DNA of 64,000 bases, from contig CAVTAL010000012.1 of the NCBI GenBank assembly GCA_963732635.1, positions 8,308-72,307 of the forward strand, read 5' to 3'. A model generated the notes under the pieces. The model was not told the origin of the DNA, searched no databases, and worked only from the letters and a program-made list of their open reading frames with translations. Position 1 is the stretch's first letter. The number at the start of each line of letters is the position of its first letter. The translations under genes were made by a program, and so were the position numbers. Source of the stretch: an uncultured Alphaproteobacteria bacterium. Its GTDB lineage: Bacteria; Pseudomonadota; Alphaproteobacteria; Rhizobiales; Hyphomicrobiaceae. This document shows, in pieces, positions 27,339 through 37,759 of this stretch.

Positions 27339-28227
27339 TCAAGTTCCGAGGAATGCCTCCGTCTCGGTCATGAACGCGTCGAACTGGTCGTGGTGGACCC
27401 AGTGGCTGGCGCCGGCAATCGTCACTACGCGGGCGGTCTTGAAGTGGCGGACGCGGCCGTCTTTTTCTGGATTGGATGCCCAGCTGTCGCCACCGTAGAC
27501 CAACAGTGTCGGACAGGTGATGCGCGACCACAGATGCTCTGCTTCCGCCGGCGTCATGTCGGACGGTGGCCAAGACCGCAGGTAATTGTCGAACTTCCAG
27601 CTAAAGGTGCCGTCCTCGTTCTGGTTGACGCCGAAGCGGGTGAGGTGGACGGCCTGGATCTCATTGAGATGCTTGTTCTCGGCTCGCATGCGCGCCACAG
27701 CCTCGTCGACGCTGGCGTATTTGCGGGCTGAGCGGCCGGCGAGACCGCGCTGTTCGGCGATCCATGACGCCATCCGCTCGGCGTATGGCTTGGCCTCGCG
27801 CTCGGCCTGCATCTTGGGCGAAATGCCGAGGCCTTCGATGGCGACGATGCGCTTCACCTTGTCGGGATGTACTCCGGCATAGCGCAGCGCGATCATTCCG
27901 CCGAGTGAATGGGCGACGATGGTCACGGGGGCGAGTTTCAGGCTCTCGATCAATTGCGCCAGATCATAGATGAAGGATGCCATCGGATAGCTGCCACCGG
28001 GCGCCCATTGGCTGTCGCCGTGACCGCGCAGATCGGGCGCGATGATGTGATAGCGCTCACGCAGCCTTGCCGCGACGAAGTCCCAGTTGCGGCAATGGTC
28101 GCGGCCGCCGTGCACCAGCAGCAGCGGCGGCGCGGTCGGGTTGCCCCAGTCGACATAATGCAGGCGCAGGCGCTGCGAAAAGAACGTGCCCGAAGTCGGG
28201 CCGGCGTGGTCTGTGGGAGTTGGGCAT
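27339..28227 (-). pseudogene. alpha/beta-fold hydrolase, probable frame disruption near the 5' end
   Basis: ORF 27339..28115 begins at an internal GVH(GTG)GG. The same frame is open upstream (GTFFSQRLRLHYVDWGNPTAPPLLL) but has no ATG/GTG/TTG. The only ATG (28227, MPNSH...) is in another frame. Nucleophile elbow AHSLGG is present. Confidence 0.7.
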
Positions 28228-28246
28228 GAGTGAGCTCGCGGTCTGC

Positions 28247-31200
28247 TTATTCGGCTGCCGCTACGCTACCCCTGCTCGCACTACCGTCAACCGCTCCTCG
28301 CGCATGCCCGCTCTCACCCCACAGGCGGCGGTGCAAACGGTCGAGCAGCAGGTAAATCACCGGCGTCGTGTAAAGGGTGAGGATCTGCGAGATGAGCAGT
28401 CCGCCGACGATGGTAATGCCGAGCGGCCGCCGCAGTTCGGCGCCGGGGCCGGTCGCGAGCAGCAATGGAATTGCCCCCAGCAGGGCGGCAAGCGTCGTCA
28501 TCAGGATCGGTCGGAAGCGCTCGATGCACGCCTCAAAAATGGCGTCTTGCGGCGAGCGCCCATGCTCGCGTTCCTGCTCGAGGGCGAAATCGACCAACAT
28601 GATACCGTTCTTCTTGACGATGCCGATCAGCAGGATGATGCCGATTAGCGCGATCGCGGTCAGCTCGGCGCCGGCGATCTGCAACGCCAGCAAGGCGCCC
28701 AAGCCCGCCGACGGCAGTGTCGAGATGATGGTCAGCGGATGGGCGAGGCTCTCGTAGAGAACGCCGAGCACGATATAGACCGCAATCAGCGCGGCGAGGA
28801 TCAGCAACGGCTGAGCCGACGCGCTGCGGGTAAAGGCGGCGGCGTCGCCAGCAGCCTCGGCGCGGATTGAATCCGGCATGCGCAACTCGGCGGTCGCCTG
28901 CGCGATCGCCGCTTGCGCCTGCTGCAAAGTCGTGCCGTTCTCCAGATTGTAGCTGACCGTCACCGATGGGAACTGCCCCTGGTGGTTGATGACGAGCGGC
29001 GCCAATCCCTTTTCGAAGTGCACCACGCTGCCGAGCGGAACCTGCGCGCGATTGGCGCCAGTGACATAGACGCGGTTGAGGTCGGACGGATCACGCTGGA
29101 ACTGCTGGTCGACCTCCAGGATCACCTTGTACTGGTTGCGCGTAGAAAAGATGGTCGAGATCTGGCGCTGGGCGAAGGCGTTGTTGAGCGCGGTGTCGAT
29201 GTCCGAGATCTTGACGCCAAGTCTTGATGCCGCCGTGCGGTCGATGACCGCGTTGATCTGCAGACCGCCCTGCTCGCGATCGTTGTTGACGTCGGTGAGG
29301 CCGGGCGTGCGCTGCAGCCGGTCGATCACCTTCGGCGCCCAGGCGAGCAGCTGGTCGAGTTCCGGACTCCACAAAGTAAACTGGTAGGTCGAGCGCGACG
29401 ATCGCCCGCCGGCGCGAATATCGACCGCCGGTGTCATGAACACCTGCATGCCGCCGACGGCAAGCAGCTTGGGCCTGAGCCGAGCGATCACGTCGGCGGT
29501 GGCTTCACCGGTGACGCTGCGTGGCTTCAAGTTGATGAACATGCTGCCCTGGTTGACCGACGCTGAAAACCCGGCACTGCCGACCGACGAGCCGACGGCC
29601 TCGACCGACGGATCGTTGGTGATGATCTCGGTGACGCGCATCTGCAAAGCCGACATCGCCTGGAAGGAAATGTCGGGCGACGCGCGGGTGCTGCCGAAGA
29701 TCAAGCCGCTGTCATCCTGCGGGAAGTAGCCCTTTGGGGTCTTGATATATAGGTCAACGGTAATGGCGATGGTGGCCAACATCACAACCAGCATCACCGC
29801 CTGCCAGCGAAGCGCGAACCGGAGCGAGCGTGAGTACCCCGAAACCAGCCGCCTCAATCCGCCCTCGATGATGCGGTCAAAAATTGTCGCGTCCGGACTC
29901 GGCGGCAGCTTGACGAACTTGGCGCAGATCATCGGCGTCACCGTCAGTGAAACGATCGTCGAGACCACGATCGCGAACACCAGCGTCACCGAGAACTCGC
30001 GAAGCAGCCGGCCGACCACGCCGCTCATGAAGATCAGCGGAATGAACGCCGCCACCAGCGAGATCGAGATCGAAAGCACGGTGAAGCCGATCTGCCTCGC
30101 GCCGTCGATCGTCGCCTGCAACGGCGATTTGCCCTGCTCCAGGTTGCGGAAGGCGTTCTCGATCATGACGATCGCGTCATCGACGACGAAGCCGACCGAA
30201 ACCGCCAGCGCCATCAGAGTCAGATTGTTGATCGAGTAGCCGGCGACCCACATAAGCGCGACGGTGCCGGCGAGCGACAGCGGCACAGTGATGCCGGCGG
30301 CCAGCGTCGCCGCACCCCGGCGCAGGAACACCAGCACGACCAGCATCACCAGCACCACGGTCAGGGCCAACGTAAACTGCATGTCGTGCACACTGGCGCG
30401 GATCGTGCGCGTGCGGTCGGACAGCACGGTCACGTCGATGCCGGCCGGGATCCACTTTCGCAGCTCCGGCACCAGCGCCAGAACCTTGTCGACGGTATCA
30501 ATAACGTTGGCATCGCCCTGCTTGGTGATGATCAATAGTACGCTCGGCTGGGCGTTGAACCAGGCGGCGGAGCGGGTGTTGCGGGTACCGGCCTCGATGG
30601 TGGCGATGTCGGTCAGGCGAACTACCGCCCCGGCCGAGGTCTTGACGACGAGGGTCTTGTAGTCGGTGGCATTGCGCAGTTGGTCGTTGGTGCCGATGGT
30701 CTCGGCGAGGTCGGGACCGTCGAAGGTGCCCATCGGTCCCATCGCGTTGGCGTTGGCGATGACGGTGCGCACGTCTTCGATTGACAGGCCCATGCTGGCG
30801 AGCCGACCGGGATTGACCCGGACCCGGATCGCCGGCTGCTCGGCGCCGCTGACCGACACGTCTGCGACGCCGTCGATCTGCGAGATGCGTTGGGCGATGA
30901 CGGTATCGGCGATGTCGTACATCGCGCTGGGAGCGAGTGTCTTCGAGGTCAACGCCAGGATCAACACCGGTGCGCCGGCCGGGTTCGCCTTGCGGAACGT
31001 CGGTACCGCCGGCAAGTCGCTCGGCAGATCGGAAAGCGCCGCGTTGAGTGCCGCCTGCACGTCGCGGGCGGCACCGTCGACATTGCGCGACATGTCGAAC
31101 TGCACAACGATGCGCGAACTGCCGAGCGAACTCGACGAAGTCAGTTCGGTGACGCCGGAAATCTCGCCGAGCCGTCGCTCAAGTGGCGCGGCAACAGTCG

Positions 31201-31381
31201 AGGCCATGATCTCAGGCGCCGCACCCGGTCGACTTGCCGAAACCATGATGGTCGGGAAATCGACGCTCGGCAGGCTCGCGACCGGCAGGCTGACGTAGGC
31301 AGCTAGCCCGGTGAGGAACAAGCCGACCGCCATCAGCGTGGTGCCGATCGGCCGGTGAATGAATGGCAGCGCGACATTCAT
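28247..31381 (-). CDS. mdtC: RND multidrug efflux permease, MdtC-like
   Basis: 1044 aa with 12-TM AcrB/HAE1 architecture. It is the second of two tandem RND permeases downstream of an adaptor gene. Confidence 0.92.
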   Translation of the reverse strand: MNVALPFIHRPIGTTLMAVGLFLTGLAAYVSLPVASLPSVDFPTIMVSASRPGAAPEIMASTVAAPLERRLGEISGVTELTSSSSLGSSRIVVQFDMSRNVDGAARDVQAALNAALSDLPSDLPAVPTFRKANPAGAPVLILALTSKTLAPSAMYDIADTVIAQRISQIDGVADVSVSGAEQPAIRVRVNPGRLASMGLSIEDVRTVIANANAMGPMGTFDGPDLAETIGTNDQLRNATDYKTLVVKTSAGAVVRLTDIATIEAGTRNTRSAAWFNAQPSVLLIITKQGDANVIDTVDKVLALVPELRKWIPAGIDVTVLSDRTRTIRASVHDMQFTLALTVVLVMLVVLVFLRRGAATLAAGITVPLSLAGTVALMWVAGYSINNLTLMALAVSVGFVVDDAIVMIENAFRNLEQGKSPLQATIDGARQIGFTVLSISISLVAAFIPLIFMSGVVGRLLREFSVTLVFAIVVSTIVSLTVTPMICAKFVKLPPSPDATIFDRIIEGGLRRLVSGYSRSLRFALRWQAVMLVVMLATIAITVDLYIKTPKGYFPQDDSGLIFGSTRASPDISFQAMSALQMRVTEIITNDPSVEAVGSSVGSAGFSASVNQGSMFINLKPRSVTGEATADVIARLRPKLLAVGGMQVFMTPAVDIRAGGRSSRSTYQFTLWSPELDQLLAWAPKVIDRLQRTPGLTDVNNDREQGGLQINAVIDRTAASRLGVKISDIDTALNNAFAQRQISTIFSTRNQYKVILEVDQQFQRDPSDLNRVYVTGANRAQVPLGSVVHFEKGLAPLVINHQGQFPSVTVSYNLENGTTLQQAQAAIAQATAELRMPDSIRAEAAGDAAAFTRSASAQPLLILAALIAVYIVLGVLYESLAHPLTIISTLPSAGLGALLALQIAGAELTAIALIGIILLIGIVKKNGIMLVDFALEQEREHGRSPQDAIFEACIERFRPILMTTLAALLGAIPLLLATGPGAELRRPLGITIVGGLLISQILTLYTTPVIYLLLDRLHRRLWGESGHARGAVDGSASRGSVAAAE

Positions 31382-31388
31382 GACGCAG

Positions 31389-34300
31389 CTACTCCGCCGC
31401 CAGAGGACTGCCCTCGGTATTGCCGGCGAAACGCTGCCCCAATCGATCGAGGGCGAGGTAGATCACCGGCGTAGTATACAGCGTCAACAACTGCGACAGC
31501 ACGAGGCCGCCGACAATGGCGATGCCGAGCGGGTTGCGCAGTTCCGAGCCGGTGCCGCCTTCGAGCGCCAAGGGCAGCGCGCCGAACAGCGCCGCGAGGG
31601 TCGTCATCATGATCGGCCGAAAGCGCAACAGGCAGGCCTCGACGATCGCCTCGCGTGGGCTCATGCCGCGATGCCGCTCGGCTTCGAGCGCGAAGTCGAT
31701 CATCATGATCGCGTTCTTCTTGACGATGCCCATCAGCAGGATGATGCCGATCAAGCCGACAACGGAAAGGTCGTGCCCCGTCATCATCAGGGCGAGCAAT
31801 GCACCGACACCAGCCGATGGCAGCGTCGACAGGATCGTCAGCGGATGGATGAAGCTCTCGTACAGAATGCCGAGTACGATGTAGATCGTGATTGTCGCCG
31901 CCAGCAGCAGCCACGGCTGGTTGGCCAGCGACTTCGAGAACTCCGAGGCATCGCCGAAGAAGCTGCCGACCACCAAAGGCGGCATGCCGATCTCGGCCTC
32001 CGCGACACGGATGATCTCGACGGCCTCACTGAGCGAACTGCCGCGCGCCAGATTGAAGCTCAGCGTCACCGCCGGGAACTGTTCCTGGTGGGCGATGGCG
32101 AGTGGCGCGGTGGTGCGCTCGATCTTGGCGAACGAGCTGAGCGGCACCTGGGCACCACCGCTGGCGCCGACATAAAGGGTGGTGAGCGTTGCCGGGTCGA
32201 GCAGGTAGCGCGGCATCGCTTCCAGCACCACGCGATACTGGTTCGACTGCTCGTAGATGGTCGAGATCTGGCGCTGGCCGAAGGCATCGTTCAAGACATC
32301 GGTGATGGCCTGCATCGACACGCCGAGGCGGCCGGCAACTTCGCGATCGACCTTCAACAGCGCGCGCAATCCGCCTTCCTGCGCTTCGGAGGAGACATCG
32401 CGCAGTGCCGCTTCCTGCTTCAGGCGGGTGCCGAGCTTCGAGGCCCACTGGTTGACCTCGGCGGCGTCGGTGCCGGACAGCGTGTACTGGTACTGGGCGC
32501 GTGACGAACGGGTGCTGATCTGGATGTCCTGCACCGGTTGGAAATAGAGCGTGACGCCGGGGATCGGCGCAACCAGGGTCTGCAGGCGCGGCACGATTTC
32601 AGCCACCACTGCGGTCCGCTCGGAGCGCGGCCGCAATGCGATGGTGATGCGGGCGACGTTTGGCGTCGCATTGAGCGGACTGACGCCGACCACCGACACG
32701 GTGCCGGTGACATCCTTGTCTTGCTTGATCGCCGCCAAAACCTGGCCTTGCAGCCGCTCCATCTGCGCGAACGAGACTTCGGGACCAGCTTCCATTACCG
32801 CAGTGATGAGACCGGTATCCTGACTAGGCAGGAAGCCTTTCGGCATGATGACGTAGAGCCAGACGGTGGCGGCGAGTGTCAGCGCGGTAACAACAAGAGT
32901 GGCAGGCTGATGCTTCAGCACCCACAGCAGCGTGCGATGATAGGCGTCGACCGTTGCGTCTACCAGGCGCGTGAACGGGCCCGGCTTCTGCGAACCCGCC
33001 GTGCTCTTGCGCAGCAGCTTGGCGCACATCATCGGTGTCAATGTCAGCGACACCACCGCCGACACCACCACTGCGATTGTCAGCGTCAGCGCGAACTCGC
33101 GGAACATGCGGCCGACAAGCCCGCTCATGAACAGCAGCGGGATAAACACCGCAATCAGCGACACGGTGAGCGAGATCACGGTGAAGCCGATCTCGCTGGC
33201 GCCCTTGATCGCGGCTTGATAGGGATTCTCGCCGTCCTCGATGTGGCGGACGATATTCTCGATCATGACGATCGCATCATCGACCACGAAGCCGGTGCCG
33301 ATGGTCAGCGCCATCAGCGACAGGTTGTCGAGCGAAAAGCCGGCCAGCCACATCACACCGAATGTGGCGATCAGCGACAGTGGCAGCGCGACACCGGCGA
33401 TGAAAGTCGCCCTCAATGTTCGCAGGAACAGCAGCACCACCAACACCACCAGTGCGACTGACAACACCAGCGTGAACTGCACGTCGCGCACCGAGGCGCG
33501 GATGGTGCCGGTGCGGTCATGTACGACGGTCAATTCCACCCCGGCCGGCATCGCCCGCTTCAGGCGCGGCAGTTCGGCCAGCACCCGGTCGACGGTCTGG
33601 ATGACGTTGGCGCCGGGCTGGCGCTGAATGTCGACGACGACGGCGGGGCTGCCGTTGTACCAGCCGCCGACCTTGTTGTTTTCCAACCCGTCGACGATCT
33701 CGGCGACGTCAGACAGGCGCACCGGCGAGCCGCCGCGATAGGCCAGCACCAAGCTCTTATAGGCGTCGGCCGAGCCGATCTGGTCGTTGGCGGCGATGGT
33801 GTACGACTGGAACGCGCCATCGAGTGAACCTTTCGGGCCCGACACGTTGGCGCCTGTGATCATGGTGCGCAAGTCGGCCATCGAGATGCCGTAGGCGGCG
33901 AGCCTCGACAGGTCGGCCTGAATGCGTACAGCGGGCCTGATGCCGCCTTGCACCGAGACTTTGCCGACGCCGGTCAACTGGCTAAGCCGGGGCGCCAGCA
34001 ACGAGTCGGCCATATCCGACATCTGGCGCAGTGCGATCGAAGGCGAGGTCAGTGCCACGGTGACGATGGCGGCGTCGGCCGGGTTCACCTTGGTGTAGGT
34101 CGGCGGGTATGGCAGGTTGCGCGGCAAGGTCGAGCCGGCGGCGTTGATCGCCGACTGCACATCCTGCGCGGCGGCATCAATGTCGCGGTTGAGGTCGAAC
34201 TGCAACGTGATCTGGCTGACGCCGAAGGACGATGACGAGGTCATCGTCGACAGCGACGGTGTGCGGCCGAATTGGCGCTCAAGCGGCGAGGTGACCAGCG

Positions 34301-34532
34301 CCGCCATGGTGTCGGGATTGGCGCCGGGTAGCTGCGTCGTCACCTGGATGGTCGGAAAGTCGACCTGCGGCAACGCCGACACTGATAGCCCGAAGTAGCC
34401 GAGCATGCCGCCCAGCAGCACCGCGATGCCGAGCAGCGAGGTTGCGATCGGGCGGCGGATGAACGGACCCGACACGCTGCCCGACAGGCCAGCCGCGGAC
34501 GGACCCTCGGGCGCTGAAGGGGTCTCGTTCAT
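31389..34532 (-). CDS. mdtB: RND multidrug efflux permease, MdtB-like
   Basis: 1047 aa with AcrB/HAE1 architecture. The start overlaps the mdtA stop by 4 nt. Confidence 0.92.
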   Translation of the reverse strand: MNETPSAPEGPSAAGLSGSVSGPFIRRPIATSLLGIAVLLGGMLGYFGLSVSALPQVDFPTIQVTTQLPGANPDTMAALVTSPLERQFGRTPSLSTMTSSSSFGVSQITLQFDLNRDIDAAAQDVQSAINAAGSTLPRNLPYPPTYTKVNPADAAIVTVALTSPSIALRQMSDMADSLLAPRLSQLTGVGKVSVQGGIRPAVRIQADLSRLAAYGISMADLRTMITGANVSGPKGSLDGAFQSYTIAANDQIGSADAYKSLVLAYRGGSPVRLSDVAEIVDGLENNKVGGWYNGSPAVVVDIQRQPGANVIQTVDRVLAELPRLKRAMPAGVELTVVHDRTGTIRASVRDVQFTLVLSVALVVLVVLLFLRTLRATFIAGVALPLSLIATFGVMWLAGFSLDNLSLMALTIGTGFVVDDAIVMIENIVRHIEDGENPYQAAIKGASEIGFTVISLTVSLIAVFIPLLFMSGLVGRMFREFALTLTIAVVVSAVVSLTLTPMMCAKLLRKSTAGSQKPGPFTRLVDATVDAYHRTLLWVLKHQPATLVVTALTLAATVWLYVIMPKGFLPSQDTGLITAVMEAGPEVSFAQMERLQGQVLAAIKQDKDVTGTVSVVGVSPLNATPNVARITIALRPRSERTAVVAEIVPRLQTLVAPIPGVTLYFQPVQDIQISTRSSRAQYQYTLSGTDAAEVNQWASKLGTRLKQEAALRDVSSEAQEGGLRALLKVDREVAGRLGVSMQAITDVLNDAFGQRQISTIYEQSNQYRVVLEAMPRYLLDPATLTTLYVGASGGAQVPLSSFAKIERTTAPLAIAHQEQFPAVTLSFNLARGSSLSEAVEIIRVAEAEIGMPPLVVGSFFGDASEFSKSLANQPWLLLAATITIYIVLGILYESFIHPLTILSTLPSAGVGALLALMMTGHDLSVVGLIGIILLMGIVKKNAIMMIDFALEAERHRGMSPREAIVEACLLRFRPIMMTTLAALFGALPLALEGGTGSELRNPLGIAIVGGLVLSQLLTLYTTPVIYLALDRLGQRFAGNTEGSPLAAE

Positions 34533-35944
34533 TGGGCGGCGGCCTCCGGCGCCTTCTGGTCGGTCTTCTGGCCGACCTGCCCCCTGAAGGTCGGATTGGC
34601 ATCGGACGTGGGCGCCGGAGCGGCAGGTGCGGGCGCGTCGGCGCTCGGCGTGGCGTCTTGCCGCTTGCGGCGGCCTTCGCCTTTACCCTTGCCTTCGCCG
34701 CCTGGTGTGGCGGCCGGTGTCTGACCATCGGCGGGCGCGGCGCCGTCACGCTTACGCTTGCCCTGACCCTTGGTGCTCTCGCGCTTCGGCGCAACCGGTG
34801 TCGCGTTCAACTCCTCGGTGGTGGCGACGGCGACCTCGGTGCCTTCCTTGAGACGCGCGAAGCCGCTGGTGACGACCTTGTCGCCGGCCTGGACGCCGCT
34901 CGCCACGACGGCGCGGACGTCGTCCTGCTGCGGCACCGTGACGGGACGAGCCGCGACCTTGTTGTCGGTGCCTGCGATATAGACAAACGTGCCGGCCGGT
35001 CCACGTTGGATGGCGGCCGTCGGCACCGTCACCGCTTGCGGCAGGGTTTCGATCAACAGCCGCACGTTGACGAACTGGCCCGGCCATAGCTGCAGGCTTG
35101 AGTTCGGGAACTCGGCCTTCATGCGCACGGTACCGGTGGTCTGGTCGACCTGATTGTCGACGACCTGCAATTGACCGCTGTCGATCGAGGTCTTGTTGTC
35201 AGCTTCCATCGCCTCGACCTTCACCAGGCCGGCGGCGGCGGCGCGATTGACTTGCGCCAGCTGCTGCTGCGGCAGGTTGAAAATGACCGAGATTGGTTGC
35301 ACCTGGGTGATGGTGACGATCGCCTGGCCGCCAGAGCCTGAGACGATGTTGCCTTCGTCGACCTGCCGGATACCAGTGCGGCCGGTCAGCGGCGCCACGA
35401 TTTGAGTATAAGACAGCTGCAGTTGCGCTGCATCGACGGCTGCTTTCGAGGACGCGGCCTGACCGGTGAGTTGTGCGACGAGCGCACGCTGGGTGTCGAC
35501 AGTCTTGACCGGAATGGCGCCGGGTATCTTGGCATAGCGCTCGAGGTCCAATCTGGCGTTGGCCAGTTGCGATTCGTCCTGGGCAAGCTTGGCTTTGGTC
35601 TGGTCAAGGGTCGCCTGATAGGTGGCCGGGTCGATGCGGGCGAGCACCTGCCCCTTTTGCACCGTCTGGCCTTCGCGATAGCCGATTTCCAGGATCTTGC
35701 CGCCGACCTGCGGCTGCACCGAAACCGTATTGAGGGCACGCGCGGCGCCGACGGCATCGAAATAAACCGGAACGTCGGCCGCCAAAGCATGGGCGACGCG
35801 CACCGGCACCGGGCCGTCGGTCGCCGCCCAGCGGCCGCCTTTTGACTGCACCACCGTCGCCGGCCGCTGCATGAAGTAGTAGACGCCGCCGAGGATCGCC
35901 AGGCTGGCCAGGATGGTCATAAGTGCGCGACTTGACTTGGTCAT
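34529..35944 (-). CDS. mdtA: RND efflux periplasmic adaptor (membrane fusion protein), MdtA-like, with long low-complexity C-terminal tail
   Basis: 471 aa with an N-terminal anchor MTKSSRALMTILASLAILGG and lipoyl/hairpin/beta-barrel regions. The last ~93 aa are Lys/Gly/Pro/Ala-rich. Confidence 0.9.
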   Translation of the reverse strand: MTKSSRALMTILASLAILGGVYYFMQRPATVVQSKGGRWAATDGPVPVRVAHALAADVPVYFDAVGAARALNTVSVQPQVGGKILEIGYREGQTVQKGQVLARIDPATYQATLDQTKAKLAQDESQLANARLDLERYAKIPGAIPVKTVDTQRALVAQLTGQAASSKAAVDAAQLQLSYTQIVAPLTGRTGIRQVDEGNIVSGSGGQAIVTITQVQPISVIFNLPQQQLAQVNRAAAAGLVKVEAMEADNKTSIDSGQLQVVDNQVDQTTGTVRMKAEFPNSSLQLWPGQFVNVRLLIETLPQAVTVPTAAIQRGPAGTFVYIAGTDNKVAARPVTVPQQDDVRAVVASGVQAGDKVVTSGFARLKEGTEVAVATTEELNATPVAPKRESTKGQGKRKRDGAAPADGQTPAATPGGEGKGKGEGRRKRQDATPSADAPAPAAPAPTSDANPTFRGQVGQKTDQKAPEAAAQ

Positions 35945-36150
35945 GGCATCCTTCCAGCCTCGCGGATGTGCTCTTGAGACGTGCCCACCCTCCGCAAGGT
36001 TCGAGCTTACACCTGTTGAACGCGGCGTGGATAACTCATCCGTCGATTACAATTCGGTAATCCGATCAACGGCTAACAAGCACCCACTGCCCGCCAGAAG
36101 TGAGGCCGAAATATGCGGCTGCGGCGCTGAACAGGGGCTGAAGGGTTTGT

Positions 36151-36909
36151 TCATCCAATCAAGCTACGGCCGCCGTCCCAGATCAGTTTCATCGAAATCA
36201 GCAGCAGGCAGCCATAGACAACCTCGTAGAAGGCGCCCTGAGACACCCGCCGCGTCAGCCAGATGCCGGCGGCCATGGCCAGCATGCCGGGGATCATCAG
36301 CACCAGCGCGGTCTTGAGATTGATGGCGTCGAACTGGCCGAGGAAAAGGTAGGGCGGCACCTTGATCAGGTTGACGGCGGTAAAAAACATCACCGAAGTG
36401 CCGACGTAGACGGTATTCGCCAAACGTTGAGGCAGCATATACACCGCGAACGGTGGGCCACCGGTATGGCTGACGAAGCTGGTGAAGCCCGAGATTGCAC
36501 CGAACAGGCTGCCTTTGAGCCAGTTTGGTTCCGGCGCCACTGACCTCGGCCTGAGGCCGAGCCACCAGTTGGCCGCGAACAGGAAGCCGATGGTGCCAAC
36601 CATCAACTTCACATGCTGGTCGTTGATGACGGCCGCCAGATACCAGCCGAGCAGAATGCCGACGGTAGCAGCCGGTAGCATGATCTTGAGATTCGGTGCG
36701 CTCCAGTCGCGGCGGTAGGCCCAGACCCCGGTCCAGTCCATGGCGATCAGGATAGGCAGCATTATCGCCGCCGCCTGCACCGGAGAAATGACGAGGCTCA
36801 TGATCGGTACCGCGATGCCGCCGATGCCGCCGAGAAACCCGCCCTTCGAAAGGCCGGTGATGATGACGGCCGGCACCGCGAAGGCGTAAAACCACGGATC
36901 TGTGAGCAT
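36151..36909 (-). CDS. TauE/SafE family sulfite/anion exporter (DUF81)
   Basis: 252-aa polytopic membrane protein. The N-terminal ITGLSKGGFLGGIGGIAVPIM motif is typical of the family. Confidence 0.85.
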   Translation of the reverse strand: MLTDPWFYAFAVPAVIITGLSKGGFLGGIGGIAVPIMSLVISPVQAAAIMLPILIAMDWTGVWAYRRDWSAPNLKIMLPAATVGILLGWYLAAVINDQHVKLMVGTIGFLFAANWWLGLRPRSVAPEPNWLKGSLFGAISGFTSFVSHTGGPPFAVYMLPQRLANTVYVGTSVMFFTAVNLIKVPPYLFLGQFDAINLKTALVLMIPGMLAMAAGIWLTRRVSQGAFYEVVYGCLLLISMKLIWDGGRSLIG

Positions 36910-37032
36910 GGAGGCGTGGTTCCGCAGTCATGGTTGTTAAGGCGGCGCAACATACCGCCATTTCGGCTGACGACCATAGGTGACGGCTGACAACTGGCAT
37001 GCGATTGAGGTCGGCCAGCAAGGAGCCCCGCC

Positions 37033-37668
37033 ATGTCCGACCCGCGCGTAGTCAAGACCATGGCTGAACTAGATGCCCTCTATGGGGAGCCGGCGCTCGG
37101 TTCGATCCTGAAGGAGTTGCCGGTCATCAATGCCGCGTACCGGGCGATGATCGAGGCCGCGCCCTTCTGCGTGTTGGCGACCAGCGGTCCCGAGGGGCTC
37201 GACGCCTCGCCGCGCGGAGACAATCATGGCCTCGTTCGTGTAGTCGACGAAAAGACGCTGCTGCTGCCCGATCGGCGTGGCAATCAGCGCATCGACAGTT
37301 TGCGCAATGTGGTGCGCGATCCACGCGTCGGTCTGCTGTTCCTGATCCCCGGCGTCGGTGAGACATTGCGGGTGAATGGTCGGGCCGAACTTACCACCGA
37401 TCCTGAACTTTGCGCGTCGTTCGCGGTCGACGGCAAGGAACCCAAGTGCGTGTTGAGGATCACGGTCGAAGCGGTCTACTTCCAGTGTGCCCGCGCCATT
37501 GCCCGCTCGCGGCTGTGGGAACCGTCGGCGCGGGTCGATCGAAAGTCGCTGCCCTCGACCGGCACGCTCACCGTCGCCGCCCGCGACTTCAAGGGCCGCA
37601 CCGACGCCTTCGACGCCGCCGCATACGACGCCGCACTTGCCGAGCGCCAGAAGGCGACGCTGTATTGA
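37033..37668 (+). CDS. PPOX-class FMN-binding (pyridoxamine 5'-phosphate oxidase-related) protein
   Basis: 211 aa. The segments FCVLATSGPEGLDASPRGD...LLLPDRRGNQRIDSLRNVVRDPRVGLLFLIPG are typical of the split-barrel family. Confidence 0.8.
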   Translation: MSDPRVVKTMAELDALYGEPALGSILKELPVINAAYRAMIEAAPFCVLATSGPEGLDASPRGDNHGLVRVVDEKTLLLPDRRGNQRIDSLRNVVRDPRVGLLFLIPGVGETLRVNGRAELTTDPELCASFAVDGKEPKCVLRITVEAVYFQCARAIARSRLWEPSARVDRKSLPSTGTLTVAARDFKGRTDAFDAAAYDAALAERQKATLY

Positions 37669-37759
37669 ACGTGAGCCATGGTCTGAGGCGTCGCCGCGAT
37701 TGCGTGGTCCCGCCACATCCGGCCGGGTTCGCAAAGGCGGATTTGGATGCGGCAATCAA

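Noticed and set aside
28247-34532. Tandem RND permease genes as a recent duplication or mobile amplification.
   Set aside because: The two proteins are clearly diverged paralogues in the standard mdtB-mdtC arrangement, and no flanking repeats or mobility genes are present.
35998-36006. GGTTCGAGC, a T-loop-like word suggesting a tRNA in the mdtA upstream region.
   Set aside because: No acceptor stem, anticodon arm or D-arm can be drawn around it. I found no convincing tRNA or rRNA anywhere in the window.
36910-37032. Possible mobile-element or defence-island boundaries around the accessory-looking genes (TauE, PPOX, PilZ, SYLF, hydrolases).
   Set aside because: The window contains no integrase, transposase, tRNA attachment site, direct-repeat flanks or recognisable defence genes. 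These look like ordinary lineage-specific chromosomal genes.
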